Assembly: GCA_041664945.1 (NCBI GenBank)
Contig: JBAYJY010000004.1
Coordinates: 1,173-65,172 of the forward strand
Source of the DNA: a bacterium
GTDB taxonomy: Bacteria > UBP15 > UBA6099
Direction: 5' to 3'
Length of the DNA stretch: 64,000 nucleotides
The notes beneath the pieces were generated by a model. It ran no database searches. It worked only from the letters and a program-made list of their open reading frames with translations, and was not told where the DNA came from. Shown one piece after another: positions 1 through 9,503 of this stretch (position 1 is the stretch's first letter; every line of letters begins with the position of its first letter). Position numbers and translations under genes: made by a program.

Positions 1-252
1 GGCCACCGGCTCAGCTTCCAGTACCATAATGTCAAACACGAAACAATGTGCCTCATCGAGGGCAAAGTTAAATTCACGCTCGAAAACGAAAAAGGCGAAA
101 TCGAAGAGAAAATCGTGCTGCCCGGCGAATACCGAATCGTCGAACCCGGCCGCAGGCACCGAATGGAAGCCATCGAGGACAGCCGCTTCTTCGAAGTCTC
201 AACCCCGGACCTCGACGACGTCGTCCGCGTCGAAGACGACTACACGCGCTGA
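1..252 (+). CDS. Cupin-domain protein, C-terminal part (5' end lies outside the window)
   Basis: Frame 1 is open from base 1 (GHRLSFQYHNVKHETMCLIEGK...). It shows a two-motif cupin pattern (H-x-...QYH... and PGRRHRMEA), as in the C-terminal domain of type II mannose-6-phosphate isomerase. The listed ORF 46-252 is the internal-Met version. Confidence 0.65.
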   Translation, partial: GHRLSFQYHNVKHETMCLIEGKVKFTLENEKGEIEEKIVLPGEYRIVEPGRRHRMEAIEDSRFFEVSTPDLDDVVRVEDDYTR

Positions 253-346
253 GAATTCGCCGCGCAGCCGCATCACTTTCTATAATCATTCTTTTTGCGC
301 TATCATATTATATGGCTTAAAGCCTTATTGATTCGGAGGAGCGACA

Positions 347-1705
347 GTGGACATAGAAAAACTGCTTAAACTTTCACGCGAAGCATGCGCCTCAGCGGCG
401 AGCGCCGGCGCTCAGGACGCCGACGCAATCGTCGTCGACGGGCGCAGCGTTTCCGTCGAAATAGAAAAGAACAGCATCAGCTCGTGCGATGTCGAGTACG
501 ACGCGGGCTACGGCGCGCGGGCGTTCCATCACGGCGGCGTCGGGTTTTCGAGAGGCCGCGGACTCGACGCTTCCGACGCAAAAGCCGCAGGGACTGACGC
601 GGCGGCGATGTCGCGCGAGGCGCAGCCCGACCCGGACTTCATTGCCCTTCCGCAACCGCCCGGCGCGGCGAACGCTTACGCTCAGATCGGCGGCATGTTC
701 GACGAAAAAGTGGAACAGGTAGAACTGCCGGCGGTGATCGAGTGGGGCCTGCGATGCGTCGAAGCGGCGCGCGCGATCGAACCCGATGTTCTGGTGAAGT
801 GCGGCGCGGGCGCGACAGCGCTCGGCTACGCTCTCGCAAACACTCGCGGCATCGCGTCCGCCGAACGCGCCACGTTCGTTTCATTCTATGTCTTTTCCGT
901 AGTGCGGCGCGGCGACGACGTCGGCTCGTTCTACGACTATACGCAGGGACGCCGGCTTGAGGATTTGAAAACCCCGGAGGAAGTAGCGCGCGAAGCCACG
1001 GAGCGCGCGGTGTCGTTCCTCGGAGCGCGGAAAATCGAAAGCGGCAAATTCCCGACGCTGCTCGGGCCGCTCGCGGCGGGAAGCTTCATCCGCAGCGTGA
1101 TCGGACCCTCCAGCGCCGAGGAAATCCAGCGCGGCCGCTCATACCTCGCCGAAAAACGCGGATCATCCATCGCTTCCGAACGACTCACCGTCACCGAAGA
1201 CCCTCTGCTGGACGCCGGCCTGTACTCGTCCGCCTTCGACGGCGAAGGCGTTCCCCGCCGCCGCTCGAATCTCATTGACAAAGGCGTCCTGACCTCATAC
1301 CTGCATAACTCTTATACCGCGAACAAGGCGAAGGAGGAAAACAACGGCCATGCAGCGCGCGGCTCATATAACTCCGACGTCGGTATCTCCGCCTCTAACT
1401 TAACGGTAACTCCCGGCGGCAAAACTGAAGCCGAACTCATTCGCGGCATCTCTGACGGACTCTACATCTACGCCGCTTCGCTGTCCCCGAATTCCGTCAC
1501 CGGCCAGATTTCCGGCACCGTCGACCACGGCTACCGCATCATCAACGGCGAGTTCGCCTACCCTGTCCAGAACGTTATGCTCGGCGGCGATGTGTTCGAA
1601 TTTCTCAACTCGATCGAGGAGATAACTTCGGACTTCCGCGTCGAACGCGGCAACAACATGCCCTCCATTCTCCTCGGCGGAGTAACCGTCGCCGGCAGCG
1701 CCTGA
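347..1705 (+). CDS. TldD/PmbA-family metalloprotease modulator
   Basis: 452 aa with a GTG start preceded by GGAGGA. The architecture is TldD/PmbA-like: N-terminus ...DAIVVDGRSVSVEIEKNSI..., C-terminus ...GDVFEFLNSIEEITSD...MPSILLGGVTVAG. Confidence 0.8.
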   Translation: MDIEKLLKLSREACASAASAGAQDADAIVVDGRSVSVEIEKNSISSCDVEYDAGYGARAFHHGGVGFSRGRGLDASDAKAAGTDAAAMSREAQPDPDFIALPQPPGAANAYAQIGGMFDEKVEQVELPAVIEWGLRCVEAARAIEPDVLVKCGAGATALGYALANTRGIASAERATFVSFYVFSVVRRGDDVGSFYDYTQGRRLEDLKTPEEVAREATERAVSFLGARKIESGKFPTLLGPLAAGSFIRSVIGPSSAEEIQRGRSYLAEKRGSSIASERLTVTEDPLLDAGLYSSAFDGEGVPRRRSNLIDKGVLTSYLHNSYTANKAKEENNGHAARGSYNSDVGISASNLTVTPGGKTEAELIRGISDGLYIYAASLSPNSVTGQISGTVDHGYRIINGEFAYPVQNVMLGGDVFEFLNSIEEITSDFRVERGNNMPSILLGGVTVAGSA

Positions 1706-1835
1706 AGGCTCTGTTTAAAACCTTGAAAACCTTTTTCGAGAAAAAGGTTTTCATACTTTCCCAAAAGCTTTAATGACGGGTTTCTTGAAGTTTCGCTTAT
1801 TTCATGGAACCGACACCGCCAAAACAGTGTTATTC

Positions 1836-1918
1836 TTAGCGAAGCGCGCGAAGTCGCGCGAAGCGTTAAAAGTTTTGAAAGGATCTTAAGAAAAACTTTT
1901 TCAAAAGTTTTCCTTAAT
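1836..1918 (+). repeat. Dispersed ~83-bp intergenic repeat, copy 1 (partner at 58275-58357)
   Basis: TTAGCGAAGCGCGCGAAGTCGCGCGAAGCGTTAAAAGTTTTGAAAGGATCTTAAGAAAAACTTTTTCAAAAGTTTTCCTTAAT is about 90% identical to the second copy, in the same orientation. A perfect 12-bp hairpin (1725-1736 / 1741-1752) lies just upstream. Confidence 0.85.
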
Positions 1919-1948
1919 AGCGACATCATATTTTCAAGGAGCATTTAT

Positions 1949-3022
1949 ATGGAATATCCGTTTATAAACCTTGTGTTTGAAGGCGGCGGCGTGAAAGGTC
2001 TTGCGTATGCCGGGGTATTGAAGACACTTGAGGAGCGAGGCGTCATAGAAGGCGTCAGAAGATGCGGCGGCGTTTCGGCGGGCGCCATTTTTGCAACGCT
2101 GTTCGCGCTCGGCTACACCGCCGCCGAACTTGAAAAAGCCGTCATGGAAACCGACTTCAAGAAATTTCTCGACGATGAAAAAAGCCTCTCCGCCGAAGCG
2201 CTCGACATCGCGCGCCTGATCGGAAAGTTCGGCTGGTATTCCGGCGAGTACTTCCACAACTGGATCAGCGTTCTGATCTCTCGCAAACTCGGCAGCCGGA
2301 AAGCGACCTTCTGCGACCTCGCGTCGCGCGCGAAACTTCGCGACCGCCGCAACATGCGCGAGTTGTACGTCTGCTGCACGAACCTCAACACCGGCTACGG
2401 AGAGGTTTATTCCTGCGAGAACACTCCGGGCGTGATCATCGCCGACGCCGTGCGCGCCTCAATGTCAATTCCGCTCCTCTTCGCGTCGACCCACAACGAG
2501 CGACGCGACGTTATGGTGGACGGCGGAGTTGTGAATAACTACCCGGTCAAACTTTTCGATCGCTACAAATATATTGACGATTCCGACTGCGGCTCGATGG
2601 CCGTCGAAACAGACTACTACAAACAGGAGAACGAGGATTTCTTGAAACAATACCCGAATGCCAGCCCTTACGTCTACAACAAGCAGACGCTCGGCTTCCA
2701 TCTCGACAACCCGGACAAGATCGGCGTCTACCGCGACAGCCGGCAGGAGCGCGTGTTGGAAGTCCGCAACCTGCTCGAATTCTCCCGAGCGCTCACCCGC
2801 GCGCTCATGAACAGCCTCGGAAACAAACACCTTCACTCCGACGACTGGGCGCGCACCGTTTACATCGACACGCTCGGCGTTCCCGTCACTGATTTCCATC
2901 TGAACGACAAACAGAAACGCGGCTTGATCGACTCCGGCCGCCGGGGCGCCGAAAACTACTTCGACTGGTTCGAAAACTCCGACAACATGCCCCGCAACTG
3001 CCCTATGCGCGGAATAAAATAA
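1949..3022 (+). CDS. Patatin-like phospholipase
   Basis: Oxyanion-hole motif FEGGGVKG, nucleophile elbow GVSAG (GxSxG) and a catalytic Asp context (VDGGVVNNYP). AAGGAG RBS. Confidence 0.85.
   Translation: MEYPFINLVFEGGGVKGLAYAGVLKTLEERGVIEGVRRCGGVSAGAIFATLFALGYTAAELEKAVMETDFKKFLDDEKSLSAEALDIARLIGKFGWYSGEYFHNWISVLISRKLGSRKATFCDLASRAKLRDRRNMRELYVCCTNLNTGYGEVYSCENTPGVIIADAVRASMSIPLLFASTHNERRDVMVDGGVVNNYPVKLFDRYKYIDDSDCGSMAVETDYYKQENEDFLKQYPNASPYVYNKQTLGFHLDNPDKIGVYRDSRQERVLEVRNLLEFSRALTRALMNSLGNKHLHSDDWARTVYIDTLGVPVTDFHLNDKQKRGLIDSGRRGAENYFDWFENSDNMPRNCPMRGIK
2972..3022 (+). repeat. Direct repeat DR1 (last 17 codons of the patatin gene)
   Basis: 42 of 51 nt identical to 4109-4159, with the stop codons aligned (ENSDNMPRNCPMRGIK* vs NNSDNMPRICPLRVMK*). 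Confidence 0.8.
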
Positions 3023-3123
3023 TAACTCTGCGTTGAAATGAATTCATGTTTGGGATTGTTTTTAACGTTCAGCTTACAGCGCTCGAAATCTTCAGTGAAC
3101 GCTTTATCTGCCGGCGCGCCTTC

Positions 3124-3987
3124 TCAGCCCCCCGGCGAAACCGGCGGGCGGAACCAGTAAAGAAAATAATAAACTACCGGAAGCGCGAATACTATGCTGT
3201 CCATTTTGTCCAGAAAGCCGCCGTGCGTCGAGCCGAATGTGCTTCCGGAGTCCTTTATCTCGTGTTCCCTTTTAAAAACAGATTCGCAGTAATCGCCGGT
3301 CTGCGCCGCCGCCCCGGCGAGTATGCCGAGTCCGACAAGCGCGAAGAAAGAATAGCCAAGTATGAGGCCGGCAATAACGATCCCCGCCACGCAGAAGACA
3401 ATCGCGCCGAGGCTGCCTTCCACAGATTTGTTCGGGCTGACCCGGGGAAACATTTTGTGCCTTCCAAACTTCGAGCCGATAAGAAACGCCGCTCCGTCCG
3501 ATCCGTAAGCGGCCCAGAACGGCATAAAAACGCACAGATTGGTTTTAAGCGGATCGTCCGGAAAATACTTAACGCCGAGATCCCATATCAGCAAAATGTA
3601 ACTCAACAGTCCGCCCACATACACGCTCCCGAAAAGCGTCACGGCAATATCCACCGAGCTGACCGGATGCATTCCTCTCGCGGCAAAGTATAACTGGTAA
3701 ACAAGCGTTCCAAGAACGATAAACGTCACCATGAGCGCGAAATTCTGCGGCCCGAATATTTTCCCTTCCATATATATCGGCAACAAAGCCAGAATGATAA
3801 AAGAACATCCGACCGGTATTCCCAGCCATGGCAGCGCGCGAACGCCTTTCGACTTGTGTATGTCGTAATACTCCCTGAGTCCGAAAAAAGTGGCTATGAG
3901 AAGCCAGACCGCCATCGCTTTCGGCCCTATCAGGAGCAGCGCAAAAGCAAAAGAGGCAAGGGCTATTCCTATAATTGTTTTCTTCAT
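3124..3987 (-). CDS. cdsA: Phosphatidate cytidylyltransferase (CDP-diglyceride synthase)
   Basis: 287-aa polytopic membrane protein with the C-terminal CTP-transferase signature region SKFGRHKMFPRVSPNKSVEGSLGAIVF...DSGSTFGSTHGGFLDKMDS. Confidence 0.85.
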   Translation of the reverse strand: MKKTIIGIALASFAFALLLIGPKAMAVWLLIATFFGLREYYDIHKSKGVRALPWLGIPVGCSFIILALLPIYMEGKIFGPQNFALMVTFIVLGTLVYQLYFAARGMHPVSSVDIAVTLFGSVYVGGLLSYILLIWDLGVKYFPDDPLKTNLCVFMPFWAAYGSDGAAFLIGSKFGRHKMFPRVSPNKSVEGSLGAIVFCVAGIVIAGLILGYSFFALVGLGILAGAAAQTGDYCESVFKREHEIKDSGSTFGSTHGGFLDKMDSIVFALPVVYYFLYWFRPPVSPGG

Positions 3988-4108
3988 TTGATGATACTTC
4001 CCCCGTCATTCATGCGCTCAATATAGCGCTGCGGCAGCTATGCCACAATAGGCGCCATCGAACGATTGGAATAGGAGTCGAATTTCAAATAATGCCAAAC
4101 CTTAAACG

Positions 4109-4159
4109 AACAACTCCGACAACATGCCACGCATCTGCCCGCTGCGCGTAATGAAATGA
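4109..4159 (+). repeat. Direct repeat DR2, an orphan copy of the patatin 3' end
   Basis: See 2972-3022. A TAA lies immediately upstream in frame, so this is only a 17-codon remnant. Confidence 0.8.
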
Positions 4160-4180
4160 TTTGTGTTTCACAACTTGAAC

Positions 4181-6949
4181 TTATTTCTTCAAAATCCGAA
4201 TCTCGGCGTCGGCGGGCACGGTTTCGCCGATCCAGACAACGAGGCTGCTGTTGTTGAAATCTTCCTCATAGCCGGCCTGAAATTCTTTGGGCGGTTTTCC
4301 GTTCACGGTGATTCGGACGTCCGCGCGCGGATAACCGTCGATGATGAAAACCGGGTTGAAGACCGGCTCGGCGCCCTTGAACCTGACAACGATTTCCGAA
4401 TCGCCGCCGGCCCCGAGCGCATAGCCGCGCTGGTATGGATCATACTTGCCGCCAGTGGCGCCGCTCACCTCGATTTCAGCGGGCGAGAGCCACGAGCGGG
4501 CCGCGCCCAGCAGCGCGGCGTCCGGCATGTCCGTGTTGCCGATCAGCCATGCCCAGACTTTCCTGTCGGTCTTGCTGTTTATCTGCTTCGATTCGAGCGG
4601 CTCCACTCCGATCGTCGCGATCGACGCGTGACCCGCCCGCTCCCGCCATCCGGGCGGCTGCTGGCGCGTTGTCGGATAGCCGCGCTGAATCGGGAAATGA
4701 ACGCCCCAGTAGTTCGGCGATATGTAGCGGCCGTCGTCTTTCCAGCCGTCATAGACGGACCCGAAACCCTCGAACTTGCGCGCGGCGAGTATCGGCGTGT
4801 TTTTGTCCCTGAAATTATAGTTGACTCGAAAGACAACCGGTTCGCCCCCGAACGCATCGCCCGTCACGCCCGAGTCGAGAACGGCCCCGGCCTTTTTGCC
4901 GTCCGGAGACATAATTCTGAAAACCTCATGCGGATAGACATCGTACGGATTGATTCCGGGCGGAAGAATAACTATGAATTCGCTCGCCTCGTGCCACGTC
5001 ATCGGCTCCATCCGGCCTGTCGCTTTCCGCACGCCGAATCCGTCGGGATAGAACACATACTCCTCATCGCCCCATTCGTTTTTGTTGATTACGTAGTTTA
5101 GCCCGATCTCGGCGTATCGCCATTCGACAACCGCGCGCGCCGCCGTGTTGGAAACGATGTCCGCGTGCGAATACCGGCATTCCTTGTCCTGAAGCGGCTC
5201 GACGGCGTCCTGCAAAACTCCTCGGTTCTGGCCCGCTTCGAGCCACTCGTACGTCAGCCCCGTGTTCGCCTTCGACACCCAGAACGGAACGTAGTTTAAG
5301 CCGCGCCAGAATATATACCGGTTCCCGTTCGGAAAGCTCACCACGATATCCTTGTCCGGGCCGCGCTCCCACGCCTTGTTCCAACTCATCTTGGTCCACT
5401 TCTTCGTCTGATAGTCGAAAACGCCGATCTGTCCGAGGTAATCAATCGCTCCATAGAAAGCGCCGAACCCGCGAACGGCCGGTTTGCGCGCCGAGATCAG
5501 AAGCGTGCGGCCGCCGGAGTAAAGTTCCTTCCCGTTTTCCGCAATGCTGAACAGCAACTTATACGAGCCGGGCGCTATATCCGCGCAGTTGAAACCGATT
5601 TCGGCATCAGCGACCTGCCCGCTTTTGACGCTGAAATCCTTAACCGCGACTTCCCTGGCGCCGCCGGTTGAACCCTCGATTTTTATGGATGCTGTAACCT
5701 TGCGCTCCGCGCCGCTGTCGCCCGGAAACGACATCCAGAAAGACGCCTTCACGTTCTGCGCCGGAGTGGCGAGAACGATATCCATCGGCGTCAGCGCGTA
5801 TCCTATGTCGACTGAGTTAATCGACGGCTCGGCCGCGAATTCCTCGCTTGCGATAAAAGCGCTTTCGCTCAGCGCCGCAGTCGCAAGCGTGGTCTCTTTT
5901 CCGCCGCCGCCCGCTACAAGAGCGAGTTCCTCGTCCGGCCTGTATATCTGAACGCGAAGGTTCTTAATGAAATATGAGGCGCCGGCTTCCTTCTCTATCG
6001 GGATGCGCTCGAAAACTTTGTCGCCCTTGCGGATGACGAGACTGTACTGCGTCCCCGCGGGCGCTGATTCGTCGAAACGGCTAACGGTTATCTCGCGGAC
6101 GAGCCGGCCGCCTTCGCGGTGAACGAGCGGATAATAATCGCTCGGCTTATGCAGATAGATGCGCGACATCGTTTTTGCGCCGCCCGCGCCGGGCATCAGA
6201 TTAGAGACGATGTGGAAAAGTTCGGACGCCATTTCGCCATCAAAACTTTTGTCGCCGACGCTCTTGTCCCACAAACGAACGAAACCCGGCGAATCCGGGG
6301 TGAACTGTTTTGTCCATGCTGCGGCGAGGCCGTCCTTCGTCGCCGCCAGAACTTTAGTCACGCGGCCGGCCGGCACGGGAAACATGCTTTCCCAGCCGGA
6401 TTTCAAGCCGAGAGCGAACCCGTCTTTCGTCGGCTCCGCAGGCCCGCGCCCGCCCAAGTCGCCGGACGCGTCGATGCCGATCAGCGAAACGCTGCCGCCG
6501 CCGCCCCACTTCTCGTGCTGTTCGAGTTGGAAACTGATCTTATTGCCCGGATAGTCGCCGAACCAGACAACCGTTCCGCCGGCTTCGAGATATCTCCGGA
6601 TCAGCGAGTCGCCTTTCTCTTTGTCGCCCGCCACCCACTCCGGAATCGCATCAGTGTTCATCACCAGCAGCGTTCCGCGCGCGCCGCGCTCGATCGATTT
6701 ATTCATCCATTCCATCATCTGCCCGGTATGCACGGCTTCGGCGCCGAACCCGGTTAGAAAATCGCGAATCTTCTTCATAGCCGGAACCGTGACAATCGAC
6801 GGCGAAAATTTCTGGTCGTATAAAACGGCCGCGCCTTCAAAGCCGGACATCTCCTGCGCCCGGCAGACCGTCAAGCCAACGCACAGCGACGCCGCGATAA
6901 CGCATAGAAAAACAATTCGTTTCATGCCTGCAATACCTCGCCGTATCAT
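4181..6949 (-). CDS. Large secreted protein of unknown function (about 915-922 aa)
   Basis: Long ORF with coding-like composition. Signal peptide MKRIVFLCVIAASLCVGLTVCRAQE; the more likely start is the ATG at 6925. The alternative ATG at 6949 overlaps the stop of the upstream GH27 gene (ATGA). I recognise no catalytic motif. Confidence 0.75.
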   Translation of the reverse strand: MIRRGIAGMKRIVFLCVIAASLCVGLTVCRAQEMSGFEGAAVLYDQKFSPSIVTVPAMKKIRDFLTGFGAEAVHTGQMMEWMNKSIERGARGTLLVMNTDAIPEWVAGDKEKGDSLIRRYLEAGGTVVWFGDYPGNKISFQLEQHEKWGGGGSVSLIGIDASGDLGGRGPAEPTKDGFALGLKSGWESMFPVPAGRVTKVLAATKDGLAAAWTKQFTPDSPGFVRLWDKSVGDKSFDGEMASELFHIVSNLMPGAGGAKTMSRIYLHKPSDYYPLVHREGGRLVREITVSRFDESAPAGTQYSLVIRKGDKVFERIPIEKEAGASYFIKNLRVQIYRPDEELALVAGGGGKETTLATAALSESAFIASEEFAAEPSINSVDIGYALTPMDIVLATPAQNVKASFWMSFPGDSGAERKVTASIKIEGSTGGAREVAVKDFSVKSGQVADAEIGFNCADIAPGSYKLLFSIAENGKELYSGGRTLLISARKPAVRGFGAFYGAIDYLGQIGVFDYQTKKWTKMSWNKAWERGPDKDIVVSFPNGNRYIFWRGLNYVPFWVSKANTGLTYEWLEAGQNRGVLQDAVEPLQDKECRYSHADIVSNTAARAVVEWRYAEIGLNYVINKNEWGDEEYVFYPDGFGVRKATGRMEPMTWHEASEFIVILPPGINPYDVYPHEVFRIMSPDGKKAGAVLDSGVTGDAFGGEPVVFRVNYNFRDKNTPILAARKFEGFGSVYDGWKDDGRYISPNYWGVHFPIQRGYPTTRQQPPGWRERAGHASIATIGVEPLESKQINSKTDRKVWAWLIGNTDMPDAALLGAARSWLSPAEIEVSGATGGKYDPYQRGYALGAGGDSEIVVRFKGAEPVFNPVFIIDGYPRADVRITVNGKPPKEFQAGYEEDFNNSSLVVWIGETVPADAEIRILKK

Positions 6950-8976
6950 CGATTATTTTTTGCTTCGCCGATTTTAAGAAGCATAGAGCCGTGCGCGGGA
7001 ACAGCCGCGGAGAACGAACCGTCGAAAACGCCGAGATTTTTCCATTCCCAGAGATCGCGGACGGAACGCTTGCCGGAGATTCCGAGCTCTTTCCAGTCAA
7101 CAGATATCGCGCGCGCTTCAGCTTCCCGGTTGAAAAGCGCGACAGCGATCGAGCCGTCCCACAGAGGCCGCGACCAGACCTCGGCAAATCCGTCCTGTTT
7201 AACAGGGCGCCCCGCCGCGCCGAGCGGGTCGAGATTAACGTCGAGAACTTCGTCGTTGGTCAAAAGATCGAATGTGAACGAATCGATATCCGACATGCTT
7301 CCGCTGTAGATAAGCGGGGCCGCGAGCATGCTCCAGATGGTCATCTGCGTGATCTGCTCGTTTTTGCTGAGGCGCGACGGTTTCGCCGACTGCCCCCACG
7401 CGCCGCCGAGATTGCCAAACATCAACATGTCCGGGTCGTTCCAGTTGCCGGGCTTCGCAAATTTGTAATAGTTGCCGGCATTGAATCCGTAGAGCGACAT
7501 AACGCCCCAAATATCGCCGATGTCGCCCGTCGTCCGCCACATGTTGCCGCCGACCTCCGCTCCCCACTCCCAAACCCGGCCCATTCCGTACTGGCACAGG
7601 CTGTAAACGAAATCACGGCTCGTCTCCCGGATCGCCTTGCCCATAAGAATATAAGGCTTCTTAAGCTCCGGCGCCGATCTATCCTTCGCAATCGAATCAT
7701 AGCTGCACCAGTCGTACTTCAGGAAATCGAAACCCCATTCCGAATATGTTTCAGCGTCCTGCGCTTCGTGCATGTAGCTGCCTTCATAGCCGCCGCACGT
7801 CTTCGGGCCGGGCGATGAGTATAACCCGATCTTGAGGCCCTTCGAGTGCACGTAATCGGTTAGAGCCTTCATATCGGGAAATTTCTGCTTGTCGGGAATT
7901 ATTTTCCCGTTCGCATCGCGAACGCTTTCCCAGCCGTCATCGATGAGTATGTACTGATAACCGTGCGCGGAAAGCCCGCTGTTCACCATCACGTCCGCCG
8001 CCTCGCGCACTTTTGCGTCGTCAATCTTCAGGCCCCACATATACCACGAGTTCCAACCCATAGGCGGCGTGAGCGCAACTGCGTTTTCCCTGCCGACGAT
8101 TTTCAATTCTCTTTCAGCCGCGCCTTTCGGGCCGCTTACTTTTATTTTCGCAACGTATTCGCCTTCCTTTTTTATCGCGCCTGAGATAATGCCTGTCTTC
8201 GGGTCGAGCGCGAGTCCGGCGGGCAGTTTCGCCGCCGAGAATTTCAGGGGCTTTTCGCCTGTCGCCGGAATCATGAAAAGAAACGGCTTGCCGGGCGACG
8301 CGCCGACGACACGCGGTCCGTGGATAGCCGGCGCTGCCTCCGCCGGATGGTGGATGCCGGTCGTTTTTTCGTCCGGCGCCTTTTCGGCGACTGCCGGCTT
8401 TTCCTTCGCCGCCGGATCGAGAAACAGCAAAGCCCCGCCCCATATCGCGCGGTATCCGCCAAATCCGTCCGCTCCTCTGTTCGCGACCAGTTCAAGCCTT
8501 TTCGCGCCGGAAAGATCGACGGAAAACATGAACGGTTTTTCACCTCGATGCATTATCGGAGATTCCGCCGCTTTTCTCCCGTCGACCCAAACCTGAAAAG
8601 ACGCGCCGCTTACGTTCGGATCATTGCCGTCCTCGATTCCCGCGGCGGAGATAAACCTTTTCGCGGCGCCTTTCAGTTCGATCCCTATCAGCGCCTCTCC
8701 GTAAATCTGGACACTGTGGTAATAATATTTCTTGTCGAGAAATGTCGGCATCAGGGCGGAACTCCCGCTGACGCCGATCGACCAGAATTTCACCCCGCTG
8801 AAATCGAGCGTGTCAATAAAGACAGCGTTCGGCGGCGCTTTCCTCGCGGCAAGCGCGGCTTTATCCGGCGCCGCGTTCGCGCGCCCCGCGCCGATAAAAA
8901 ACAACGCGAATAAAATCGCCGTCAAAATATCTTTCAGGATTCCGGAAATCTTTCTCATAGTTAAGCCTTCTCCCAA
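6946..8976 (-). CDS. GH27 alpha-galactosidase / alpha-N-acetylgalactosaminidase with an N-terminal NPCBM-like domain and an Ig-like linker
   Basis: The GH27 core reads PPMGWNSWYMWG...GYQYILIDDGWE...GLKIGLYSSPGPKTCGGYEGS...WGFDFLKYDWC. The N-terminal block (...FISAAGIEDGND...ASFQVWVDGRK...LELVANRGADG...) resembles NPCBM. KLPAGLALDPKTGIISG resembles a dystroglycan-type Ig motif. Signal peptide present. Confidence 0.8.
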   Translation of the reverse strand: MGEGLTMRKISGILKDILTAILFALFFIGAGRANAAPDKAALAARKAPPNAVFIDTLDFSGVKFWSIGVSGSSALMPTFLDKKYYYHSVQIYGEALIGIELKGAAKRFISAAGIEDGNDPNVSGASFQVWVDGRKAAESPIMHRGEKPFMFSVDLSGAKRLELVANRGADGFGGYRAIWGGALLFLDPAAKEKPAVAEKAPDEKTTGIHHPAEAAPAIHGPRVVGASPGKPFLFMIPATGEKPLKFSAAKLPAGLALDPKTGIISGAIKKEGEYVAKIKVSGPKGAAERELKIVGRENAVALTPPMGWNSWYMWGLKIDDAKVREAADVMVNSGLSAHGYQYILIDDGWESVRDANGKIIPDKQKFPDMKALTDYVHSKGLKIGLYSSPGPKTCGGYEGSYMHEAQDAETYSEWGFDFLKYDWCSYDSIAKDRSAPELKKPYILMGKAIRETSRDFVYSLCQYGMGRVWEWGAEVGGNMWRTTGDIGDIWGVMSLYGFNAGNYYKFAKPGNWNDPDMLMFGNLGGAWGQSAKPSRLSKNEQITQMTIWSMLAAPLIYSGSMSDIDSFTFDLLTNDEVLDVNLDPLGAAGRPVKQDGFAEVWSRPLWDGSIAVALFNREAEARAISVDWKELGISGKRSVRDLWEWKNLGVFDGSFSAAVPAHGSMLLKIGEAKNNR

Positions 8977-9143
8977 ATATGCGCTTTCCCGCCGCGCTGT
9001 TATTAACCGCCAGCATTACATTCTATAATATTACAAATAAAAATGCTCATTCCGGGCGACGCAAAATTCCCGGCAAACAATTCGGCTTCTCTTTCCTCAA
9101 GCCAACTTCCTTATAATAAATTGATATGTTATGATTACATGAA

Positions 9144-9503
9144 ATGGAACCGATGTTGCGAATAATCATTTTGCTGCTGGCAAACGCGCTGATGGCGGTT
9201 GCGGCCTGGCGCGCGGGGCGCGCGCTCGGCGGCTCACGCTGGGCGGACGTCATGCTCGGCGCCGGAGTTTCGTTTTTCGCCGGCGTTGTCGCGATAACCG
9301 CCTCGCTCGGTTTCGCCGGAGCGCTCGACTGGCGCTGGCTGCTCGCCGCCGCATTCGCGGTCTGCGCCGCGAGTTTCGTTGTGTTCCGCCCTAAGGCCCC
9401 CGCGCCGCCTGCTCCGGCCATACCTTGGCGGCTCGCGCCCGTAGGTTTTTTTTTGTCTTCGCGGTGCTCGCTCTCGCGGGCATTCTCCTCTGGGATTTCA
9501 TAA
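9144..9503 (+). pseudogene. N-terminal 3-TM fragment, probably the 5' part of the downstream GT-C-like gene, separated from it by a frameshift at a T9 run
   Basis: The ORF encodes three hydrophobic helices. It changes frame relative to 9425-11284 exactly at the T9 run (9446-9454). One extra T would read ...APVGFFFVFAVLALAGILLW..., joining the two ORFs. Confidence 0.5.

Noticed and set aside
4163-5101. 312-aa plus-strand ORF overlapping the 922-aa gene (with several similar ones at 5544-6977)
   Set aside because: These are short, Arg-rich ORFs nested inside a single long minus-strand ORF that has a signal peptide. None has a credible RBS.
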